Numbered from the stretch's first letter, positions 8,494 through 17,869 are shown. The stretch is DNA of 28,585 nt from Oligoflexales bacterium (GCA_044236265.1 JBIIGV010000029.1:1-28585), one strand, 5' to 3'. The notes: a model not told the origin generated them from the sequence alone. Made by a program: numbers and translations.

Positions 8494-9823
8494 GTTTTCC
8501 GAGTAACTCAAACATTTTGAGTTTATAGGCTTCCACGCCTGGTTGATTAAATGGATTTACACCCAGCATAATTCCACCAACCGCACATGCTGTTTCAAAC
8601 ATGGCAAACGCAGCACCGATTGTCTCAGCCGAAAGATCTGCAAGACGGATCTCCACGGCAGGAACTCCTCCTTGGCTATGGGCTTGACGCGTAGCGAGCA
8701 TGGCCGTGTCGTTAATCGTATCTACAGCTCGGCCCTCTAAGTATTGCAGCTCATCAAGGTTTGATCCCGTCACTGGGACCTTGATCGATGGTGTTTCCTG
8801 GTCTTTGCGAAGCGTCCGAGGACGATCGACAGCCAGAAAGGTCTCCATCATGGTGCGCGCACCCTCTTGCATGTATTGACCCATGGAATGGAGGTCCATG
8901 GTGCACTCAATACTGGCAGGAAATAAGCCCATTCCCTCTTTGCCGTCACTTTCTCCAAATAACTGCTTCCACCATTCCACAAGATTGCGCATCTTTGGTT
9001 CCGGGTAGGCGACCACTTCAATACGTTTTCCTGCGTTCCAAGCAGCAGTGCGACACTGCGCGTAGTTTAACGACAGTCGACCAAGTGATTGGGGCTTTTC
9101 TTGGGAAAGGTCTTTGAAGACTTGATCAGCACCAGTCAACAGCCCGCGAATGTCAACACCATGCAACGCGAGCGGAACAAGTCCTACTGCTGTTAACACA
9201 CTGTATCGGCCCCCGACGGAATCAGGTACTTCAAAGGTTTTATAGCCACACTCCGTCGCAAGTTTTCTAAGAGCACCTTTACGCGCGTCGGTGGTAGCAA
9301 TAATGCGTTCGGCGGCTGAGCCCCCGTAACGCTTTTCCATAAAGTCTTTGATCACCCGAAACGCTACACCAGGCTCTGTCGTGGTTCCTGATTTTGAAAT
9401 TACGTTCACAACTGGTTTACGGACAGCCATCAGATCGAGGAGTTCACTAAGACTGGTCTCTGACATGTTGTGGCCCGCAAACACCATCATGGGCTTGCCG
9501 GAAACCGTGGCTTTAGATCCCATAACCGGCGCAAATGTATGCGTCGTTAAATCTGATACCGCACGACTACCAAGATAAGAGCCACCAATACCGATGACCA
9601 CAATAAGATCAAAATCCACTTTGTAGGACTTAAGCCAGTCTTCAATGGCAGTCGCTAGAGCAAAACCTTCGTTCGCTGGCCAATTAAACCAACCCGTGTA
9701 CTCAGAACCCTTACAGGCCTTGGCTTTAAGAGCATTCAGAGCCATCATCGCTGACTGTTCCAAACCATCAGCGGCCTGGTTTAACGTTTCGCCAAAATAT
9801 TTTCGATCTAGCTTTAGCATCAC
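8483..9823 (-). CDS. pgi: Glucose-6-phosphate isomerase (short, Bacillus-type, about 450 aa)
   Basis: GIGGSYLG, ISKSGTTTE, VGGRYSV, KQLFGESDGK, DLHSMGQ, PFNQPGVEAYK. Start GTG 9823 or ATG 9820, directly after the upstream stop codon. Confidence 0.96.
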   Translation of the reverse strand: MMLKLDRKYFGETLNQAADGLEQSAMMALNALKAKACKGSEYTGWFNWPANEGFALATAIEDWLKSYKVDFDLIVVIGIGGSYLGSRAVSDLTTHTFAPVMGSKATVSGKPMMVFAGHNMSETSLSELLDLMAVRKPVVNVISKSGTTTEPGVAFRVIKDFMEKRYGGSAAERIIATTDARKGALRKLATECGYKTFEVPDSVGGRYSVLTAVGLVPLALHGVDIRGLLTGADQVFKDLSQEKPQSLGRLSLNYAQCRTAAWNAGKRIEVVAYPEPKMRNLVEWWKQLFGESDGKEGMGLFPASIECTMDLHSMGQYMQEGARTMMETFLAVDRPRTLRKDQETPSIKVPVTGSNLDELQYLEGRAVDTINDTAMLATRQAHSQGGVPAVEIRLADLSAETIGAAFAMFETACAVGGIMLGVNPFNQPGVEAYKLKMFELLGKPKV

Positions 9824-11167
9824 TTACCGTCCAATCAGATTCTGACCACAGACGCGAATCGTTTCTCCGTTAATGCAAGCCGACACATCCGAGAGCAGAA
9901 ATGTCACTGCCTGTGCCACATCATCGGGCTCACCAGCTTGTTTGAGGGAGTTGAAGCGACGCGCCACTTCGCGGACTGCCACTGGCATCGCCTGCGTCAT
10001 ACGTGTTTCAATAAAGCCGGGAGCAACGCAGTTAAAACGCATCTGACCGCAACGTTCCGACTCTGACCAACTTCTTGCATAGCCAATCAGACCTGCCTTC
10101 GTAGCTCCGTAGTTCGTTTGTCCCGGGTTTCCCGCGATACCACCCACACTTGATAAAAATACAAATGACGCATCTTTGGCACTGACGAAATCATGTTCTT
10201 TACTCATCATCATTTCAGTCATGGCAAGAGGGACGCCGAGATTCAAATTAAGAACTGAATCCCATGCATCTGATTTCATTTTAAATAAGGTCTTATCGCG
10301 CGTCACACCAGCGTTATGAACGACCCCGTGCACCGGAGCAAACTCTCGCAGCTTACGCACGGTCTGAGCTACGGCATCCTCTTTCAGTAAATCCACGGGA
10401 ATGATAGTGCCGTGGACTTCACGAGCCATCGCCTCAAGAGCTGTCATCTCCTGGGGACGATCAAGAAGGATAATTTTGGCGCCCTCGGCTGCAGCCCGAC
10501 GCGCAATGGCGGCACCAATTCCTTGGGCAGCACCCGTCACAAGAATTGTTTTACCATCAAGAAGTTTTTCGTAACGACCCGACGCTGTTTTGTGTCCAGA
10601 AGCGGTCACGACTTGTCCCGTCACGTAAGACGCGTGGCCACTCAAAAGAAAGCGCACCACACCGCCAAAATCAATCCCTTCGTCGGCGACCAACAGATTG
10701 ACCGTAACGCCACGGCTTCCTAACTCCTTACCGAGACTTCGCACAAAGCCAGCCAACGCGTCTTGCGTTGCGACCGTGACGGGGTTTGCCGAACCTTTTG
10801 TGATCTTGGAGACAATGAGAATATGGGCACAGGGTTTTAATTTACCAATGCGGGGATGAAAGAACTGATACAGATCAGTCAACGATTCCGGCGACTCTAG
10901 AGAACTGGCATCAAATAAAAGTCCGTCCACCTTACTCGGATCACCAGAAATCACGGCACCAGCGTCTTGCAAAGCCCCCGCCAGCTGACCGTAAAATCCA
11001 CGCGCCTCATAGCCACCAAGAGTAAACTCTTTGCCGGAAAGGGTTGTATGAGCCCATGGTGCGCGTTCACGCTTCAAAACTTGGGGGAGGGGAATCGGTA
11101 GTCCTGTTTGTTTGACCACCTTCCGCGCAAGCGTGTTGCGACTTAAAGATAAAAAGAAATCTGACAT
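9824..11167 (-). CDS. fabG: High-molecular-weight 3-oxoacyl-ACP/CoA reductase (FabG4-like two-domain SDR)
   Basis: N-terminal degenerate domain (GLPIPLPQVLKR, AGFVRSLGKELG, ASYVTGQ), then TGAAQGIG, HNAGVTRDK, NYGATK (YxxxK), VAPGFIET and C-terminal RVCGQNLIG typical of FabG4; SD AGGAG. Confidence 0.9.
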   Translation of the reverse strand: MSDFFLSLSRNTLARKVVKQTGLPIPLPQVLKRERAPWAHTTLSGKEFTLGGYEARGFYGQLAGALQDAGAVISGDPSKVDGLLFDASSLESPESLTDLYQFFHPRIGKLKPCAHILIVSKITKGSANPVTVATQDALAGFVRSLGKELGSRGVTVNLLVADEGIDFGGVVRFLLSGHASYVTGQVVTASGHKTASGRYEKLLDGKTILVTGAAQGIGAAIARRAAAEGAKIILLDRPQEMTALEAMAREVHGTIIPVDLLKEDAVAQTVRKLREFAPVHGVVHNAGVTRDKTLFKMKSDAWDSVLNLNLGVPLAMTEMMMSKEHDFVSAKDASFVFLSSVGGIAGNPGQTNYGATKAGLIGYARSWSESERCGQMRFNCVAPGFIETRMTQAMPVAVREVARRFNSLKQAGEPDDVAQAVTFLLSDVSACINGETIRVCGQNLIGR

Positions 11168-11193
11168 CGTGTTTACTCCTTCATCCGTGTGTC

Positions 11194-12036
11194 TTATTGG
11201 GTGGGCATTTCCGTAAGTCTAGCGATCATATGTGGCTTTACGCCCGCCTGATCAAGCACCCTCATCTCCAGGACTCCACCATCCTCCCACCAGCGGTAAC
11301 GAAGGTTAGCTGGCAGTAGTACGGGAAGTTTGAACTCTGATTCCATGCGAATTTTATTTGCCATCATCTGAACTGGGTGCATCGCGCATGCGCGCCCGAC
11401 AAGCCACATGCCATGAAGCATCATTCCTTTGAATCCCAGAGCTTTGGCCGTCATTGCGCTCAGGTGAATCGGATTGATGTCACCTGTCAATCGCGCATAA
11501 CGTCGCGCTGTCCAAGGGTCAACCGCCCATGAGGCGTCATGAGCGTTCATATTATTATGGACTGGATTCGGGGGACGCGGACCATCTCGTTTGACCCCCT
11601 TGCCTCTGCGGTACATGGTCATGGTGGTCGTCGAAATAACTTTTCCCTCGACTGAGGCTTCCGTCATCATGTCAAATTCGATCCCACGTTCCACCGACCT
11701 GTGTCCCTCGACCCAGCAGCGATACGAGACCACCTCATCCACACGCAGAGGGCGAATCTGGTCAATCACCGTCCGGATATGAATGGTTCCCATGGCCTGA
11801 AAGGGGAACTTCGGGTCAGAAAGGTGCTTCAGGTGAGTCATGAAGGTGGCGACCGCAGGAAATACGGGAGGTACAACCCCGTAGTCAGGAAGGTCCCACT
11901 CCTTACGCAGTCCATTATATAGAGCGCGATTTGCGGGGGCCGCCTTTAGGGTTGTTTCAATCCGCGGAATCGACTCCCCGGCCTTGAGACCTGGCTTTGG
12001 CAACATCGAGCGCCAATAAATCAATAAAGAATTCAT
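11194..12036 (-). CDS. MaoC/PaaZ-family double-hotdog (R)-specific enoyl-CoA hydratase / 3-hydroxyacyl dehydratase (HtdX-like)
   Basis: Hydratase-2 motif YARLTGDINPIHL..A..LGF...HGMW; FPFQAMGTIH; FKLPVLLP; adjacent to the FabG4-like gene as in known htdX-fabG4 loci. Confidence 0.88.
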   Translation of the reverse strand: MNSLLIYWRSMLPKPGLKAGESIPRIETTLKAAPANRALYNGLRKEWDLPDYGVVPPVFPAVATFMTHLKHLSDPKFPFQAMGTIHIRTVIDQIRPLRVDEVVSYRCWVEGHRSVERGIEFDMMTEASVEGKVISTTTMTMYRRGKGVKRDGPRPPNPVHNNMNAHDASWAVDPWTARRYARLTGDINPIHLSAMTAKALGFKGMMLHGMWLVGRACAMHPVQMMANKIRMESEFKLPVLLPANLRYRWWEDGGVLEMRVLDQAGVKPHMIARLTEMPTQ

Positions 12037-12159
12037 TAAGATAAACCTTGTAAAAAATTTTCCAAACAGCTGGAAATTCTACTTAATTTCGACTATTCTC
12101 GCCCCTCCAAAAATTAGACTGTTTTTTAAGCAACAGACCCGCCGTTAAGGAGCCTCATC

Positions 12160-14052
12160 GTGGCCATCGAATCCGCAGAACACCTGAGAAATATATGTAT
12201 TATTGCGCACGTTGACCACGGCAAAACAACATTGGTCGATCATCTTCTCCGTCAAGGCGGCACCTTTCGTGACAATCAAGAGGTCGCTGAGCGGGTCATG
12301 GACTCCATGGACCTTGAGCGCGAGCGCGGAATTACGATTATGGCCAAGAATACGGCCGTCAAATACGGTGATAAAAAGATCAATATCGTGGACACCCCGG
12401 GTCACGCCGACTTCGGCGGTGAGGTCGAGCGGATCATGGGCATGGTCAACGGCGCCATTCTTTTGGTTGACGGTGCTGAAGGTCCTTTACCGCAAACACG
12501 TTTCGTACTTCAAAAAGCACTTCAGCAAAATTTACGCATTATCCTCGTAATCAACAAAGTTGACCGTCCAGAGTGCGAAGGCGGTGAGCGTATCCGCGAA
12601 GTTCTCAATCAAACATTTGACCTGTTCGTGGACTTGGGCGCCTCTGATGAGCAAGCAGATTTCCCAATTATTTATGCGTGCGCACGTCAAGGCTGGTGTA
12701 CGACCGATCTCGATGAAATTCCTGCACTCATCAACGGGACCAAAAAAGGCTCTTTAAAGCCGATGTTTGACACAATTCTAAAAACTGTAGAACCACCTAA
12801 GGTCGATTTGGAAGCTCCATTTCGCATGCTGATTTCAAACCTAAGCTACAACGACTTCGTTGGTCAGCTAGGCATTGGCCGTGTCTTCTCGGGCACTGTT
12901 CGTAAAAACCAACCGACTGTTCGCCGTGGTGTCAATGACGCAGACCAGCCACTCGACGAAAACTTTGTGGCCACTAAAATCTATACCTACGACGGCCTAA
13001 AGCAGGTCGAAGTTGATGAACTTCAAGCGGGAGATATTGGTCTAGTTGCAGGCTGCCCCAACTATCAAATTGGCGACACGCTGACCGCGAACAAAGAAGT
13101 TGCCATCATCCCACGAGTCACGGTTGAACCACCAACCTTGGCGATGATTTTTTCCATCAACACGTCTCCTCTTTCTGGGCAGGAAGGCGACGCCATTCAG
13201 TCCAGAAAACTGCGCGACAGGCTGGTTAAAGAAACCCGCATGAACGTGGCCTTGAAGTTTGAAGAAACCGATCAGCCTGATCAGTTTCGCGTACTTGGTC
13301 GCGGTGAATTGCAGTTTGCGGTCTTGATTGAACAGATGCGCCGTGAGGGCAGCGAATTCATGGTGGCCCGTCCAGCCGTCCTTTATAAGAATGATGCTAA
13401 CGGTAATCGCTTAGAGCCCGTCGAACTGGCAGTCCTTGACCTACCAGAAGTTTACGCTTCTGACGTGACGCGTCTATTCCAGGAGCGCCGCGGTATCTTG
13501 CAAAAATACGAAAATCAATCTGTAGCCTCCACTGGCGGAACCTCTCGTGTTCGCCTTGAAATCGAAGTGCCGACTCGTGGTCTGTTAGGAATGCGCAGCA
13601 AGTATCTGACGGCTACAAGAGGTGAGGGGCTCTTTAGCTCACAGCTTCTTGGCTATAAGGAACACCGCGGCGAGATTATTCACCGAATTAACGGCGCTCT
13701 GATTTCAGATCGTGACGGAGAAACCGTAGAGTACGCTTTGTTTAGCGTCGAGGAGCGCGGTAATCTTTTCGTTGGCCCTGGCGTAAAAGTATACGAAGGC
13801 ATGATCATTGGTGAACACGCCAAAGAAAATGACCTCAACGTCAACTGTTGTCGGGAAAAGAAATTGACTAACGTCCGCGCTGCAGGGGCTGAAATATTGG
13901 TAACTCTTAGGTCCCTCCGCAAGATGAGCCTCGAACAGTATATCGAGTGGATCGAAGACGACGAGTGGATCGAAGTGACTCCAGAAAATATCCGAATTCG
14001 CAAAAAAGTCCTCAAACAAAACATGAGATCTGTGAAGCGTGAACGCGACTAA
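12160..14052 (+). CDS. typA: Translational GTPase TypA/BipA
   Basis: [88 protein letters not shown] before the GTG. Confidence 0.98.
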   Translation: MAIESAEHLRNICIIAHVDHGKTTLVDHLLRQGGTFRDNQEVAERVMDSMDLERERGITIMAKNTAVKYGDKKINIVDTPGHADFGGEVERIMGMVNGAILLVDGAEGPLPQTRFVLQKALQQNLRIILVINKVDRPECEGGERIREVLNQTFDLFVDLGASDEQADFPIIYACARQGWCTTDLDEIPALINGTKKGSLKPMFDTILKTVEPPKVDLEAPFRMLISNLSYNDFVGQLGIGRVFSGTVRKNQPTVRRGVNDADQPLDENFVATKIYTYDGLKQVEVDELQAGDIGLVAGCPNYQIGDTLTANKEVAIIPRVTVEPPTLAMIFSINTSPLSGQEGDAIQSRKLRDRLVKETRMNVALKFEETDQPDQFRVLGRGELQFAVLIEQMRREGSEFMVARPAVLYKNDANGNRLEPVELAVLDLPEVYASDVTRLFQERRGILQKYENQSVASTGGTSRVRLEIEVPTRGLLGMRSKYLTATRGEGLFSSQLLGYKEHRGEIIHRINGALISDRDGETVEYALFSVEERGNLFVGPGVKVYEGMIIGEHAKENDLNVNCCREKKLTNVRAAGAEILVTLRSLRKMSLEQYIEWIEDDEWIEVTPENIRIRKKVLKQNMRSVKRERD

Positions 14053-14659
14053 CGCCAAAAAGAAAGTTATGCTGATGGTCTATCTCACCATCGCTCTTGG
14101 CGCCCTAGCCATGTATGACCGGTATTTTGTGGAGGATAAGTCACGCTATAAAGGCCTCGTGATGATGAATGACAGCTCAGATGAGCTGCCAGATCACGGT
14201 CAAATTACGGGTGAGTATGTTTTTACGGATCAAGATGACGAAGACTTTGCAACTAGTCAAATGGCAGGCCACGTTTGGCTAGTTAGCTTTTTCTTCACAA
14301 GCTGTGATGGACCCTGCCCACTGCTTAACGCTCAAATTGCCGGTATTTTGTCTAAAAACAACGACGTTCACGCGCTGTCGATAACGACAGACCCCGAAAC
14401 CGATACGATCGAGGTTTTAGAAAAATATGCGCAGAGTTTCAAAGCTCGCCGCGAACAGTGGTCTTTCGTACGTACTGACCAAGACTCCATGATAAAATTC
14501 GGACAGACCGTTCTAAAGTTACCAGTCGGCGAAGAGCCTGACGCACATTCACCACGTATTGTTCTCATTGATAAAGCCGGCCACATCCGTGGCTGGTACG
14601 ACAGTCAAGAACCAAATGTGGTTACGACTATCACAAAAGACCTAAAATCCATTCTTTAA
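14039..14659 (+). CDS. SCO1/SenC family copper chaperone, membrane anchored
   Basis: N-terminal TM; FFFTSCDGPCP (CxxxC), SITTDPETDT, and HS..IVLID with the conserved His. Start GTG 14039 (overlapping typA) or ATG 14069. Confidence 0.92.
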   Translation: MNATNAKKKVMLMVYLTIALGALAMYDRYFVEDKSRYKGLVMMNDSSDELPDHGQITGEYVFTDQDDEDFATSQMAGHVWLVSFFFTSCDGPCPLLNAQIAGILSKNNDVHALSITTDPETDTIEVLEKYAQSFKARREQWSFVRTDQDSMIKFGQTVLKLPVGEEPDAHSPRIVLIDKAGHIRGWYDSQEPNVVTTITKDLKSIL

Positions 14660-14673
14660 TCAATTTGGATGCC

Positions 14674-14690
14674 TTGGCATTCATATTGCA
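14674..14690 (+). promoter_or_regulatory. Putative sigma54 (-24/-12) promoter
   Basis: TTGGCATTCATATTGCA = TGGCA...TTGCA with exact GG-N10-GC spacing, about 75 nt upstream of ATG 14764. Confidence 0.7.
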
Positions 14691-14763
14691 AACTCCCTCA
14701 CACGCGCCCGAAGTAAAAAGGGTGCTTGTTAGTCGATTCATAAAATTAAGAAGGAGATTGTTG

Positions 14764-15354
14764 ATGAAATCGTTTTTCATGCTGCTGGCATGCATCATTG
14801 GGCTTGCCTGCGAAAGCGGTGCTTATGCCGAGTCGGGGTGTGTCGTAAGGCTAACTCAGGATGAAACCTGTGACTCTGGCGTCAGAATTAACAGTGGTTT
14901 AGACACCGCACTAAACGGCTGTGGGAATCCAAGTTCAAACTTCGCAGAAATTACGGGATTATATTGCCGAAGCCCATATCCATGCTTTAAAGACTATCCA
15001 AGCTCCTACCAAGTCGGCAGCGATGTTTTGGCTTGGTATAATTGCTATTTTGGCGCGGTAACAATTCCTCCAGTGACTGGGCCTGAGGGCATTGTTGAGC
15101 ACGAATCGGAGGGCTGCGTTGTTAAAAATGTTCCCGATCTTAATTGTCCCGCAGGACGCAGACTTTACAGCCAACTTGACTCCCGTCTCACGGCCTGCAC
15201 CGAAAGTGCTCTTGATAACGCCGAGATTGAGGGCGCTTTTTGCAAGAGTAGTCTCAAATGTTATAAAGACTTTAGAAGCGCCTACCGCGACGATGGTACC
15301 ATTTATGCATGGTACAACTGCCAACCCGGCGCCTTTCCCATTTACGGTCCTTAA
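14764..15354 (+). CDS. Secreted protein of two tandem, about 80-aa, six-cysteine domains (unknown family)
   Basis: AAGGAG SD at 14751; signal peptide ending GAYA. Two repeats GCVV..C..G.R..S.LD..L..C......AEI.G..C.S...C.KD..S.Y.......AWYNC..GA align without gaps. Confidence 0.85.
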   Translation: MKSFFMLLACIIGLACESGAYAESGCVVRLTQDETCDSGVRINSGLDTALNGCGNPSSNFAEITGLYCRSPYPCFKDYPSSYQVGSDVLAWYNCYFGAVTIPPVTGPEGIVEHESEGCVVKNVPDLNCPAGRRLYSQLDSRLTACTESALDNAEIEGAFCKSSLKCYKDFRSAYRDDGTIYAWYNCQPGAFPIYGP

Positions 15355-15370
15355 CTTGTTTTAAATTGGC

Positions 15371-15415
15371 GCCACCCGGCCTAATTCCAATTCTAAATGG
15401 AATAGGTCGGGTGGC
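15371..15415. terminator. Long imperfect hairpin between convergent genes, probable bidirectional terminator
   Basis: GCCACCCGGCCT-A-ATTCCA / TGGAAT-AGGTCGGGTGGC, flanked by AT-rich sequence; no clean U tract. Confidence 0.55.
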
Positions 15416-15425
15416 ACTAATTTAT

Positions 15426-16490
15426 TTAGCGAGCTCGCTCGTATTGCTTTGGCCAACTGATGGTGGCTCCCAACTCTTGGGCTGCATGCAATGGAAAGTA
15501 GGGGTCGCGTAAGAATTGACGCGCAAGAAAGATCACGTCGGCATTACCAGACTTTAAAATGGACTCGGCTTGCTCACCAGTCGTGATGAACCCGACCGCA
15601 CCCGTGAGGACACCAACATCTTTGCGAATACGCTCCGCAAATGGCACTTGAAATCCTGGTCCTGCCGGAATTTTTGCATCTGGCACTAGACCTCCAGATG
15701 ACGCATCAATCAAATCAACTCCAAGTTTTTTGAGCTCATGGCACAAAACGACTGATTGATCCAGATCCCAGCCTCCGTCAACCCAATCTGTGGTAGAAAT
15801 GCGGACAAATACCGGCAAATGATCTGGCCAAACGGATCTGATAGCTCTTGCCACCTCAAGTGGCAGACGCATTCTCCCGGCAAGATCTCTGCCGTAATTA
15901 TCCATACGACGATTTGAAAGAGGGGATAGAAACTCATGCAGAAGATACCCATGCGCCATATGAACTTCCACAATATCAAATCCTGCAGTTAGTGCTAGAT
16001 GAGCCGATCTCTTAAACTGTTCCAGCACCTTCTCTATATCAGTCAATGTCATCGCCTCTGGCGTTTGATATCCGTTAGCAAAAGATATCGCACTCGGGGC
16101 TAGGGGAACCCAACCTCCATTACTAATTGGCACTGGGGCACCCCCATTCCAAGGAGCCGCTGTCCCAGCCTTGCGACCTGCATGAGCCAACTGGATGGCG
16201 GGTGTCGCTCCTTGGCCCTTAATGAATTGAGTTATTCTCGTCAAAGATGATGCTTGGTCTTGGTTCCATATCCCAAGGTCTTCAGGAGAAATCCTGCCTT
16301 CTGGAGAAACGGCTGTTGCCTCACACATCACAAGTCCTGCGCCACCTACGGCGCGACCACCTAAGTGCACCAAGTGCCAATCATTAGCGACACCATCGAC
16401 GGCCGAATACTGACACATCGGTGAAACAAAAATTCTATTTCTGATGGTTAGGTCTCGAATTTTAATTGGAGAAAAAAGTAGAGGACCCAT
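15426..16490 (-). CDS. namA: NADH:flavin oxidoreductase / old yellow enzyme, YqjM (NamA/XenA) subfamily
   Basis: RNRIFVSPMCQYSA, EATAVSPEGRIS, IQLAHAGRK, HMAHGYLLHEFLSP, GPGFQVPFA, WPKQYER. Start moved to ATG 16490 (SD GGGAG). Confidence 0.93.
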   Translation of the reverse strand: MGPLLFSPIKIRDLTIRNRIFVSPMCQYSAVDGVANDWHLVHLGGRAVGGAGLVMCEATAVSPEGRISPEDLGIWNQDQASSLTRITQFIKGQGATPAIQLAHAGRKAGTAAPWNGGAPVPISNGGWVPLAPSAISFANGYQTPEAMTLTDIEKVLEQFKRSAHLALTAGFDIVEVHMAHGYLLHEFLSPLSNRRMDNYGRDLAGRMRLPLEVARAIRSVWPDHLPVFVRISTTDWVDGGWDLDQSVVLCHELKKLGVDLIDASSGGLVPDAKIPAGPGFQVPFAERIRKDVGVLTGAVGFITTGEQAESILKSGNADVIFLARQFLRDPYFPLHAAQELGATISWPKQYERAR

Positions 16491-16530
16491 GTTTAACTCC
16501 CTAATGACTAGCAATCCGATGGTCGTCATT

Positions 16531-16550
16531 TTGACATATTGTCAATTGAC
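16531..16550. promoter_or_regulatory. Overlapping palindromes, candidate transcription-factor operator in a divergent promoter region
   Basis: TTGACA-TAT-TGTCAA (16531-16545) overlapping GTCAATTGAC (16541-16550). Confidence 0.45.
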
Positions 16551-16602
16551 GTAAATCTAGTTTAATAGATTCTGACTTTATTTTTAAGGAGATATAACGA
16601 TC

Positions 16603-17010
16603 GTGAGACATACATTCATTTTTTTAAGTTCTCTAGTTTGTACGATGTTATTTCTCTCGGTTGCATCGACAGCCAGCGCTCAATCATGCAAGCGCGACAG
16701 CGATTGTCCACGCAACTATATTTGTTTAACAACTCCTAGCGGCAACGGCGTTTGCGTTGTTGACAACAACCGCTCCTGTAATTCGAACGGTGATTGCGCA
16801 ACCGGATGGACCTGCATCAACGGGACTTGCAGCGAAGGCGGATCTGGACAAGCCTGCAATGGTAACGGAGATTGCGGTACAGGATATGTATGCTGCAACA
16901 ATCGATGTCGTGAAAGCACATGTCGAAATAACTTTATTGAAGCCTTGGAATCATCAGACACGATTGACTACGACGCCTCAGAGAAATACAACGACGACAA
17001 TAATCGCTAA
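16603..17010 (+). CDS. Small secreted cysteine-rich repeat protein (three C-x4-D-C-x5-C...C modules) with an acidic tail
   Basis: AAGGAG SD, GTG start, signal peptide ending TASA; CKRDSDCPRNYIC, CNSNGDCATGWTCINGTC, CNGNGDCGTGYVCCNNRC; 14 Cys in the mature part. Confidence 0.85.
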   Translation: MRHTFIFLSSLVCTMLFLSVASTASAQSCKRDSDCPRNYICLTTPSGNGVCVVDNNRSCNSNGDCATGWTCINGTCSEGGSGQACNGNGDCGTGYVCCNNRCRESTCRNNFIEALESSDTIDYDASEKYNDDNNR

Positions 17011-17053
17011 CTTGAAAGCTTTAGAAATCTGTTGCAGTAAATCTATCTTGCTT

Positions 17054-17848
17054 CTAAGGCACCAGTTTAAACTGCTTGCAGACCGTGACCACACCTTTGC
17101 AGGTCACCCCATTAGGCAAAAGGTTGTTTGGCGAATTGACGCAGTCGGTGATCACACCGGCTTCCTGGTAACCGCTAGGACACGCTACGTTGGCATCCAC
17201 ATGCATTCCGGCGTTGAGAATCCTAACATCTGTAATGATTTGGGTGCTTTTACTGACGACCTCAGACATGGGGATCGTGCGTCGACAGAATGAGTAATAG
17301 CCCCAAGCGTCGCCTAACAGATAGCCTATTTTATGATGGTTTTGGCCGGCAATCGGACCAGCACCCTCCCATCCTGCGGGGCAGTCCGAGTTCACATAGA
17401 AATGAAAATCCGTTGCCACACGGTCCCCGGCTAGCTTGCCCTTCGCACGACAAATACGACGATTGCCGAAGCAGCGATTGTTTGGTGTATTCGTACAATC
17501 ACCAACAATCCCAGCACCAGCATCCTCAGAACCCGCTTCACATTGTGGAGCCCCTGTTCCGCAAGCTTGGCTGTTTGCACAAGATCCTGGTCCATTACCG
17601 CTGAAGTAGAAACTCGCAAATGCCTGGCTCAATAGCGCGCGTCCACCGTCATCAGACTCAAGAGGATTGCCACCACCATTGGGTGATCCACTGGTCCCGG
17701 GGGATCCAATGCAGGGCTTTGTTGGTGTCGGTTTACAGTTTCCGTCCGAAGCTTTCCTGAAAATCTTGCCGCTATCACCAGCAAAATTACCCTCGGCGCA
17801 GGACATTGTGATCAGAAGTGAGATAACACCGATGCTGAAGAGTTTCAT
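17054..17848 (-). CDS. Cysteine-rich lipoprotein with a three-fold internal repeat (possible MABP-like beta-prism)
   Basis: Lipobox ITMSC; G/S/P linker; repeats CEAGSEDAG, CPAGWEGAG and CPSGYQEAG, each closed by a hydrophobic strand ending C-R/K; 14 Cys besides the lipid Cys. Confidence 0.78.
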   Translation of the reverse strand: MKLFSIGVISLLITMSCAEGNFAGDSGKIFRKASDGNCKPTPTKPCIGSPGTSGSPNGGGNPLESDDGGRALLSQAFASFYFSGNGPGSCANSQACGTGAPQCEAGSEDAGAGIVGDCTNTPNNRCFGNRRICRAKGKLAGDRVATDFHFYVNSDCPAGWEGAGPIAGQNHHKIGYLLGDAWGYYSFCRRTIPMSEVVSKSTQIITDVRILNAGMHVDANVACPSGYQEAGVITDCVNSPNNLLPNGVTCKGVVTVCKQFKLVP

Positions 17849-17869
17849 AAGCTACCCCCGTTTAGAAGG

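Noticed and set aside
14665..14763. Longer start for the six-Cys repeat protein
   Set aside because: It overlaps the sigma54 box; the SD and signal peptide point to ATG 14764.
16757..17293. 178-aa plus-strand ORF and other short overlapping ORFs in the track
   Set aside because: They overlap better-supported genes in other frames or strands and lack SD, signal peptide or recognisable motifs.
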